DNA from: Escherichia phage SP27
Reading direction: 5' to 3' (one strand)
DNA: 64,000 bases
Sequence record: LC494302.1
The first letter of the stretch is position 1. Each line of letters opens with the position of its first letter. The position numbers and the translations under genes are program-made. Below the pieces are notes generated by a model, which had not been told where the DNA came from, made no database searches, and worked only from the letters and a program-made list of their open reading frames with translations. Positions 56,677-63,734 of this stretch are shown piece by piece.

Positions 56677-57250
56677 AGAAATTGAAAGTAAATTAAAGTA
56701 CTTCAAAGATATCAAACTTCTTTGGGAAAAGTATAAAATTGATTACAATTTCAGTGATGATGAGACAATAAAATACATTGAGATTAATATCAAAATCAAG
56801 TTCAAGAATAATAATTATGGTGAAGTAAGCTTAAATCATGCTGGTATATCACTCAAGGACTATGATGGTTCAACACTCGCATATTTCGACTTCACACCAG
56901 AACCAGGTGAAACACTACTTAGTGAGATAAATTCCTATGACATGGAAGTGTTCGGCGGGAATCCGTTACTGTTCCGACTTTCTGAAGAGTGGAGTGAAGA
57001 ATACTACACTTACAAAGATGGTGTAGTACTTGACATTCATGGAGAAGTTGTGAATGACTTGGAAGAACGTTTGTTCCAAGAATTGTGTGTTTCAAATACT
57101 TCATATGCATACAATCATATCCTTGACATGTTTGATTTATATAGTAAAATAGATGCTGAAATGAATGCACATGGTATTCATTACCTTACAATTAACGACT
57201 ATGCTCAACTCGAAACCGCTGTGAAAGCATTGACTAAAGTACTGAAATAG
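56666..57250 (+). CDS. Fam-C protein
   Basis: 194 aa; core LEERLFQELCVSN. Confidence 0.85.
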   Translation: MDFKEIESKLKYFKDIKLLWEKYKIDYNFSDDETIKYIEINIKIKFKNNNYGEVSLNHAGISLKDYDGSTLAYFDFTPEPGETLLSEINSYDMEVFGGNPLLFRLSEEWSEEYYTYKDGVVLDIHGEVVNDLEERLFQELCVSNTSYAYNHILDMFDLYSKIDAEMNAHGIHYLTINDYAQLETAVKALTKVLK

Positions 57251-57259
57251 GAATGAAAT

Positions 57260-57673
57260 ATGAAACTGTATCATGCGAGTACTGTAAAAATTGATAACTT
57301 TTATATCCCGTATGGTGGCCTTCATATGGGAGGTAAACACAGTGCTTTAGAAGCTGCCTTACGCAAGCTGAGAAGCCCACTAAACGTTGTTGACGCATGT
57401 ACAGTATACTTGCATACCTTAGAAGTTGATGTTGATAACGTGCTTCTGTGTGAAGATTTAGGCAGTGATGATGAGTGGCGTTCACTTATTGAGAATTGCA
57501 CGGCTCAAGGTTATGATGCTGTTCAGTACAAAAATGATTACGAGCCAGACAATGTTCCTAGCTTTATGATTTGGGATACATCTAAAATTCGTATTATTGA
57601 AGTTGATGCGATGCATATGGATGAAGCTGAAATGATCATCGAAGATTTCCTTGATGAATATGAAGGTGTATAA
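57260..57673 (+). CDS. hypothetical protein, not Fam-C (array insert)
   Basis: 137 aa; MKLYHASTVKIDNFYIPYGGLHMGGKHSALEAA, acidic C-terminus; no core motif. Confidence 0.8.
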   Translation: MKLYHASTVKIDNFYIPYGGLHMGGKHSALEAALRKLRSPLNVVDACTVYLHTLEVDVDNVLLCEDLGSDDEWRSLIENCTAQGYDAVQYKNDYEPDNVPSFMIWDTSKIRIIEVDAMHMDEAEMIIEDFLDEYEGV

Positions 57674-58191
57674 TGATTGAACCTATGACAGTACTAGCAC
57701 GTACTAAATTATTATTGAAGATTGCTGAAATATTCACTGTTCTTATGTACAATAATCAAGACATAACTGACTTAGGTATTAAGCAACCGTGGCAAATTAC
57801 AAAGTTCACGGCGTTCCACCGATTGTCATATAATGGTGAAACTGTTCTTGATTTTAATCCAAAAGCCACGTTCGTGAATTACGCTGCATTATATGGATGT
57901 AATGGTGGATTAACAAATGACTTCACTGAAATAAAAGTACAATCAGAATCATTAGAATTTAATGACTTAATATATCCAGAATTTAAGTTAACAGAAGAAA
58001 CACTATTTCAGTACTCACTAATTATAAAAGATGTATATGATCTTGAGTACTACAAAGAGTTAGTAGATATTTTTAAGAATACTCGACTTTCAAAAGATAT
58101 TGTGATATTCTGGTATGTTGAGTATGTTACAGAGGAATTGCTAGAAGAATTTCTTCTAAATATGACAGCTATAAAGGAGAAGTTATGTTAG
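57673..58191 (+). CDS. Fam-C protein
   Basis: 172 aa; TAATG junction; core LTEETLFQYSLIIK. Confidence 0.85.
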   Translation: MIEPMTVLARTKLLLKIAEIFTVLMYNNQDITDLGIKQPWQITKFTAFHRLSYNGETVLDFNPKATFVNYAALYGCNGGLTNDFTEIKVQSESLEFNDLIYPEFKLTEETLFQYSLIIKDVYDLEYYKELVDIFKNTRLSKDIVIFWYVEYVTEELLEEFLLNMTAIKEKLC

Positions 58192-58658
58192 ATATTTTAG
58201 GAAACATCGACACTGCAAATTATTTTATTCAAGATGCATTGTTTAATACAGTACAACAAGGTTTAGAAGTTCACCACAATGTTTATCAGGGTGATGGATA
58301 TTTTGTTGATATTATCGAGACACGTAAAAATACATTTAATGTTAACATTACGACGCTTGGAAGACAGAACATTGCACGAATTTTAGTAAGTAAAGATGAA
58401 ATAGTACTGAGATACAGTGCTAAGTTTATGTTGACTTATAAGAAAAAAACTGATATGTTCAGTACTAATTTATTTGATGAGCCATTTGACCTTGAAGATA
58501 TTGAAGCTACTTTCTTTACTCAAAGTACTATGGTAAAATACACTGATGTTCAATTTTCTGCTGATGTAATGTCAGAAACATTACAAATGATCAAGGTATT
58601 ATTTTATGCATTTGAGCAATTTAGAGAAGAAAGAAACAAGGTTAACAACCACAGATGA
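58185..58658 (+). CDS. Fam-C-like protein (degenerate core)
   Basis: 157 aa; IEATFFTQSTMVK. Confidence 0.8.
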   Translation: MLDILGNIDTANYFIQDALFNTVQQGLEVHHNVYQGDGYFVDIIETRKNTFNVNITTLGRQNIARILVSKDEIVLRYSAKFMLTYKKKTDMFSTNLFDEPFDLEDIEATFFTQSTMVKYTDVQFSADVMSETLQMIKVLFYAFEQFREERNKVNNHR

Positions 58659-59019
58659 ACTAATAGAGGCGATCACTAAGGAGTCAAAATACCATAAAGG
58701 GATTCGTCTATACTTTATAGATACTGGTTCGATGGAAGGTACATACATTTATGGTTCACAATCGTTGTCTTATGATGCAATGCCAAATAAACATGTTAAA
58801 ATCTTTTTAGGTTCAAGTAATAAAACTTTCTTGACAATTAATGATAAAAACGTTATTATGAATTCGTTGGGTCATGATAAGGTGGAAATTGATCTAAACA
58901 CGCTGGAGGATATTGATTTTTTTCAATACGAGTGTTTAGGTGTTGACTTACATGGCATTAGTAGCGATATGATAAAATCATTAATCAAATATTTCGAAGG
59001 TGTTCATAAATGTATCTAA
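58606..59019 (+). CDS. Fam-C protein
   Basis: 137 aa (53-nt overlap, start uncertain); core LEDIDFFQYECLGV. Confidence 0.7.
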   Translation: MHLSNLEKKETRLTTTDELIEAITKESKYHKGIRLYFIDTGSMEGTYIYGSQSLSYDAMPNKHVKIFLGSSNKTFLTINDKNVIMNSLGHDKVEIDLNTLEDIDFFQYECLGVDLHGISSDMIKSLIKYFEGVHKCI

Positions 59020-59507
59020 CTAAATCAATGAAAAATTCATTTGATAAAATTAAGAGTTGTCTTGATGGAGAAAATATTACAAGTGTTACACAAACTGCTG
59101 ACCAAATTCAAAGCAGTTCAAGTGATTGCACTGTTATTTTTGGTTTACATAGTCTGCGTTTATCAATAGTAAATAATATTGACAACACTGCTATTGTAAT
59201 CACACCATGCAATATTCAAAATGAGAATGGTGTATATCTTCATCACATGGGAACAGTATTTCACATTTTCAATTCAAACGAAAACATTGTTAAGGAATAC
59301 AATACTCTTAATATTGATTCAGGTGAATTATTTCAAATGAGTACTTTGTACTCATGTAATTTTACAGATACTTCATGTATTTTGCCATTTTTCTTGGAAA
59401 TTATTAAGAAAATGGAAAATTTAAAACGTGAATACAATAAAGAAATGGTTCCTGAAGCTATATTAAATATTACTAATGCTATAGAGAAGTATAATGCAGT
59501 GACTTAA
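59010..59507 (+). CDS. Fam-C protein (last of contiguous array)
   Basis: 165 aa; core DSGELFQMSTLYS. Confidence 0.85.
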   Translation: MYLTKSMKNSFDKIKSCLDGENITSVTQTADQIQSSSSDCTVIFGLHSLRLSIVNNIDNTAIVITPCNIQNENGVYLHHMGTVFHIFNSNENIVKEYNTLNIDSGELFQMSTLYSCNFTDTSCILPFFLEIIKKMENLKREYNKEMVPEAILNITNAIEKYNAVT

Positions 59508-59549
59508 TAAAAACGCACATGGAGTGCATTAGAAGATCAAGGATAGATC

Positions 59550-60023
59550 ATGGAGATTAAAACTGTTGAAAATGGGAAAATTGATGACATTTTAGAGTTG
59601 GACGCATTCAAAGTTCATGATATAATGTTTAATGTGAAGGACATTATTCAATGTCTATTTTTGTGTAGCAAGACAATGCATGATTTTTTTCACAACCCAA
59701 ATACTAACGTTTTTATACTAACAATCAGTACTGAAAACTCGTTTATCATGGGTATGCCTATGAGTACAAATGAACAATATATTGATTGTGTTATTCGTAA
59801 TAACGATAGTATTACGCCACAATCTGAAGTACGTAAAAAGAAAAACACCTACACAATCAAAGATGATAAAATTATGATGTGCTGTAGTAAAGGGTTTATA
59901 TTAGATAATTTTATCGTAAAAGACAGTTATCACGACTTTAAAGTATCTGAAAATCAATCCAATGTAGTTCTTTATGCGAGTGACATAGAAAGTCTAACAG
60001 TTAAAGATCCTAGTTTGGAGTAA
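59550..60023 (+). CDS. hypothetical protein
   Basis: 157 aa; SD AAGGA; MEIKTVENGKIDD; no family motif. Confidence 0.8.
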   Translation: MEIKTVENGKIDDILELDAFKVHDIMFNVKDIIQCLFLCSKTMHDFFHNPNTNVFILTISTENSFIMGMPMSTNEQYIDCVIRNNDSITPQSEVRKKKNTYTIKDDKIMMCCSKGFILDNFIVKDSYHDFKVSENQSNVVLYASDIESLTVKDPSLE

Positions 60024-60025
60024 TT

Positions 60026-60157
60026 ATGTCGAAGAAAGTTAACAATTTCGTACAGAAACATATGAATGAGTTTAATAAACCTCAGACACATGTGGATCGT
60101 AAAAAAGAAATGAAAAATGGTAAAGTAAAACACAAGTCGAGATTTATTCTCGACTAA
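60026..60157 (+). CDS. small basic protein
   Basis: 43 aa, below track cutoff; SD GGAG 5 nt upstream; hand-translated MSKKVNNFVQKHMNEFNKPQTHVDRKKEMKNGKVKHKSRFILD. Confidence 0.55.
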   Translation: MSKKVNNFVQKHMNEFNKPQTHVDRKKEMKNGKVKHKSRFILD

Positions 60158-60167
60158 TTTTTTGTCT
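60136..60167 (+). terminator. intrinsic terminator overlapping the gene's 3' end
   Basis: GTCGAGA-TTTAT-TCTCGAC 60136-60154 then TAATTTTTTG. Confidence 0.65.
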
Positions 60168-60186
60168 AAATTTATGAGGATTGTAT

Positions 60187-61035
60187 ATGTTAGACATTTC
60201 AGATTTTCTTAATTTTAAAAAGTATTCAGTACTTGAACATATCAACGAATTTCTGAATTCTACTACACCATTTGGTATCAGTACATCAGATGCATACGAT
60301 GGATATACAATCTTCCCATACAATGACTTTCAAATTTCCGTCAAAAAAGGTTTTACAAAAGAAGTTGCAATTCGTGATGTAGTAATGTATAGCGATTCTT
60401 CTATTTCTTACTGTCATGATGTGAACAAGTTTGAATCTCTTGCAACACCTAATTGTTCATACTACAAATCACATGACACGATGATGTATAAAGAACAACA
60501 TATCAATGGTGTTTCGTTCTATAAAACTAGCAGTGATAAATCATATACATCTAGAGATGATTTTGGAAAATACACATGTACTATGCACACGGATAATGAA
60601 AAAACAAATTACACTCATTCATTCGAGTCCAAATTCCAAGAGAGTGAAGTTTCAAATATCACTATACAAGAACAGGTTTCAGAAGGCATTGTATATCGTA
60701 GCACTGCATTCTTTCGCATGAAAGATATTGCCACAGGCAGACCAATGATGTACAATATTGACATATACATGAAAGGTGATATATCCGAAGTAGTGATTAG
60801 TACTGGTTATCGTGAAAAATATACAGTTACAATGGAATCACCAGATGCATCATTAGTTCATCTCTTTAACAATTTATATACATTCCAATTCGAACTTAGT
60901 TTCGATCCAAATGAATATCAAATATTTGATATATTAAAAAGTAATATTATTAATAAGTTAGAATATTACTACAAGTTAGGTGGTAAGATGTGCATAGTTA
61001 ATACTATGTTACATAACATAAAAGAAACATTATAA
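60187..61035 (+). CDS. hypothetical protein
   Basis: 282 aa from MLDISDF; SD GAGGA 6 nt upstream (track start 60181 is TTG); ESKFQESEVS is only a faint core resemblance. Confidence 0.8.
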   Translation: MLDISDFLNFKKYSVLEHINEFLNSTTPFGISTSDAYDGYTIFPYNDFQISVKKGFTKEVAIRDVVMYSDSSISYCHDVNKFESLATPNCSYYKSHDTMMYKEQHINGVSFYKTSSDKSYTSRDDFGKYTCTMHTDNEKTNYTHSFESKFQESEVSNITIQEQVSEGIVYRSTAFFRMKDIATGRPMMYNIDIYMKGDISEVVISTGYREKYTVTMESPDASLVHLFNNLYTFQFELSFDPNEYQIFDILKSNIINKLEYYYKLGGKMCIVNTMLHNIKETL

Positions 61036-61051
61036 ATCTGGAGGATTTGGT

Positions 61052-61345
61052 ATGGATACTAAATTCAAAATTATTTTTAAAACTAAGCCGTATATTCCAC
61101 ATACAGCAGAACGTTTTATACCACATGGTGCTGAGGAAATTATTCACCAAGATGGTACTAAGTTATACCTTGTTCCTTGTTCTTATGAACGTGCAGTAGA
61201 AATGTTACTAATGAATGCTAGACTATGCAAAAACAAGTACATTAGTTACCTATACAATGAACATATTTTAGATTTCAATGATGAAAATATGTTCATTCTA
61301 GCAATTGAGGATTTTGATAACTGGTACAATATTATTAAAATCTAA
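61052..61345 (+). CDS. hypothetical protein
   Basis: 97 aa; SD TGGAGGA; MDTKFKIIFKTKPY. Confidence 0.8.
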   Translation: MDTKFKIIFKTKPYIPHTAERFIPHGAEEIIHQDGTKLYLVPCSYERAVEMLLMNARLCKNKYISYLYNEHILDFNDENMFILAIEDFDNWYNIIKI

Positions 61346-61353
61346 TGAAAATA

Positions 61354-61401
61354 ATGTGAACATATTAGATTCTTGTGATATAATGTTCACATCTTTTTTT
61401 T
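61354..61401 (+). terminator. intrinsic terminator with a TATAAT box in its loop
   Basis: ATGTGAACAT 61354-61363 / ATGTTCACAT 61383-61392 (10 bp) then T8; loop holds TGaTATAAT (61376-61384). Confidence 0.75.
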
Positions 61402-61417
61402 GATAACGGAGATATAG

Positions 61418-61804
61418 ATGAATACAAGTTCAATCCTAAAAGCAATTGGTGGTGTTTTACTCATTGAAGTAAAAGGTGAACCAAAGCTATGCTGTTTAGA
61501 AGATATGAAGAATACAAAACACTTCAGTACTGGTCAGATTTTCAATGCCATTCGTATTCTAAATGACAAATCCATTGCTGATTATGGAAAAGTTTGGCCT
61601 GTATATCAAAATGCTGATGGTGATATCAGTACTGATTGGAAAACAATTGAGGCGGTACGACAAAGTTGTGAGAGTGATTGGGACTTCATTGTTGAAGTTT
61701 GTGATCAACTACAAGAAGATGTTCCAGAAATTGTCGAACGAAAAGAAGTCCTAGCACGACTTGAAAAATTCCGTCACGGAACACTACAGTATGACACAAT
61801 CTAA
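61418..61804 (+). CDS. hypothetical protein
   Basis: 128 aa; SD ACGGAG; MNTSSILKAIGGV. Confidence 0.8.
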   Translation: MNTSSILKAIGGVLLIEVKGEPKLCCLEDMKNTKHFSTGQIFNAIRILNDKSIADYGKVWPVYQNADGDISTDWKTIEAVRQSCESDWDFIVEVCDQLQEDVPEIVERKEVLARLEKFRHGTLQYDTI

Positions 61805-61853
61805 TCTGCTTATTAAAAATATCTAATTAACATTATATAAAAGGAATTTAAAA

Positions 61854-62159
61854 ATGGAAGACAATGGAATGAAATTTGATATGTTTGAAGGTGTACCAGA
61901 GTTCGATTTCAATAAACTTGAAAATGGTGAAGAATCAGAACTAGTAAGTGTTACACTAAAATCAGATACCAAAAAGAAATATTCCCCATCAGTTCGTTCA
62001 CGTTCTCAAGAAGAATATGAAACCTTCATTGAGAGTATTCATTACGAAACGTTCCATCATGCAGATGGTACTCCGTATGAAGTTCGTGTTACAGTACTGA
62101 AGCCTGAAGTAAACCCAATGGAAAATCTACGTCCTGTTTACTGCTGGGCAAGCCACTAA
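61854..62159 (+). CDS. hypothetical protein
   Basis: 101 aa; SD AAAGGAA; MEDNGMKFDMFEG. Confidence 0.8.
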   Translation: MEDNGMKFDMFEGVPEFDFNKLENGEESELVSVTLKSDTKKKYSPSVRSRSQEEYETFIESIHYETFHHADGTPYEVRVTVLKPEVNPMENLRPVYCWASH

Positions 62160-62169
62160 TAAACCAAAG

Positions 62170-62198
62170 GACGGGATATAATATCTCGTCTTTTTTTT
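62170..62198 (+). terminator. intrinsic terminator with TATAAT inside the stem-loop
   Basis: GACGGGATA 62170-62178 / TATCTCGTC 62182-62190 (one G-U) then T8; TATAAT 62177-62182. Confidence 0.75.
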
Positions 62199-62210
62199 GT
62201 CTGGAGATAT

Positions 62211-63059
62211 ATGAAACTTTATCTAATCGTTGACTACAGTAAGGGTTATTATGACTACGCAGAAGAATCTGAAGGGTATTGCTCGTCTACTAATGTCAAT
62301 GTACGCACCAGTAGTACACATGAGCATGAATCTATTACAAACCTAAAAGATTTCATCGCATATCGAGCATTTGAAAAGAATTTCTGTCGTAGTAGATATT
62401 CGAAGTTTGAGTACCCGTTAATTGATGTTCCTGATGAATTGATGTTCCAGTTAATGCTCACTGGAGTACAAGATTATGATTACATCGCGTACAATCACAT
62501 TACTAAGAAAATTTATATCGGTACGTCAACACATGACATTTCTATGTATGCATCATGCCCCGATGATCGAATGAATGATAGAAAATCATACTATAGTGGT
62601 TCAGTTGGTTCAAATGATTCATTAAATGAAAATTTATTCTTTGAGTACGAGTTTGATAATCATCGAGGGAAAAAAGACCGAGAAGATTATTGTACTGAAA
62701 TTGATAGTACCAATGGATATGAAGAAGTGAAAGAAGCGATAATGCCATATATCCTTGACAAGTACTACAAAGATTTTCAGTACTGTAGTAATTTTCTAAT
62801 CCGAAATTCTATCATAATCGGTCGTCAAAGTACTGCATTCTCTAAGTACTACAATGATTCCCCTGTTGCTGAAAATGAAAACTGTAATATTCTCTCAATC
62901 CCACGTGAAGATATGGTATTCATGTTCACATCTTTCATTGAAGATGATGAGTTGTATGTAAAAAACAAGCACAGGTTCATGCCAAGTAAGATTGAGGTTA
63001 TGAGAAGCTTAAGTGCAGATATCTTAACTAATTTCACTGAAAAAACAGAATACAACTGA
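62211..63059 (+). CDS. Fam-C-like protein (outlying copy)
   Basis: 282 aa; SD TGGAG; core VPDELMFQLMLTGV. Confidence 0.8.
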   Translation: MKLYLIVDYSKGYYDYAEESEGYCSSTNVNVRTSSTHEHESITNLKDFIAYRAFEKNFCRSRYSKFEYPLIDVPDELMFQLMLTGVQDYDYIAYNHITKKIYIGTSTHDISMYASCPDDRMNDRKSYYSGSVGSNDSLNENLFFEYEFDNHRGKKDREDYCTEIDSTNGYEEVKEAIMPYILDKYYKDFQYCSNFLIRNSIIIGRQSTAFSKYYNDSPVAENENCNILSIPREDMVFMFTSFIEDDELYVKNKHRFMPSKIEVMRSLSADILTNFTEKTEYN

Positions 63060-63088
63060 GACATACCATAAGTTTATGATATAATGTA

Positions 63089-63122
63089 AGGTGACAGCAG
63101 AATATGTTGTCGCCTTTTTTTT
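63089..63122 (+). terminator. intrinsic terminator preceded by GATATAAT
   Basis: AGGTGACA 63089-63096 / TGTCGCCT 63108-63115 (one G-U) then T8; TATAAT 63080-63085. Confidence 0.75.
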
Positions 63123-63734
63123 AATCCTGAAAGGTTCCATATGGAAATGATTAAAGCCTAATCCACTCGAAAAGTAGAGGGTAGATGAGTAGTCCTTTCA
63201 GTACGAACAGCAAATGAAACCCGTTAGATGATGGCATAGTTTGAACCACTCACGGCAATGCGGCTGTATAAAGAACTCCAATAGGATAAAGAGAGTTCCT
63301 CGATAGACATATAAGGATCGCACCTTACCAATTATCTAAGGGAGATTTCATGAGAAATTTGCGGTCGGAATTATACAATATAGTTGCGTCCAAATTTTGT
63401 GAAATCAAATACAAGTACTGGTCATATGGTATTTGTATTATGTGTCGGGATGTTTAAGACCGACGACCGTTGCTACAAGAACCGCGATAGAGAGAAACAG
63501 AGCAACCCGCTTTCGTCTCGTAAGAGAATTCGTGATATGAACTATGTGAAGGCCACCAGCGTCAAACTTTTTTGTTCTTTCCCCTGCGGGGGGATGAAAT
63601 ATGCTCAAGCAAACCCCGTCAATATTAATTAAAAGAAAATAGTACTTGTAGAATTAGACATGCGTAGCATGGTAATTCTACTGATGTTGATGAAATCAAC
63701 GTCACGTATATTCATTGATGTTTCCATAGGAATA

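Larger units (their letters stand above)
31607..59507 (+). repeat. Fam-C tandem gene array (about 48 motif-bearing paralogs plus a few unrelated inserts)
   Basis: Core acidic-[YLFM]-F-Q-x-[SAN]-[LT]-[VIL]-[YHF]-[DPN] found by eye in nearly every ORF of the interval. Confidence 0.9.

Noticed and set aside
63384-63632. 82-aa + strand ORF in the GC-richer island
   Set aside because: It has a TTG start, and the first in-frame ATG (63426) has no SD. The frame runs through several hairpins. It is kept only as a low-probability alternative within the finding on this island.
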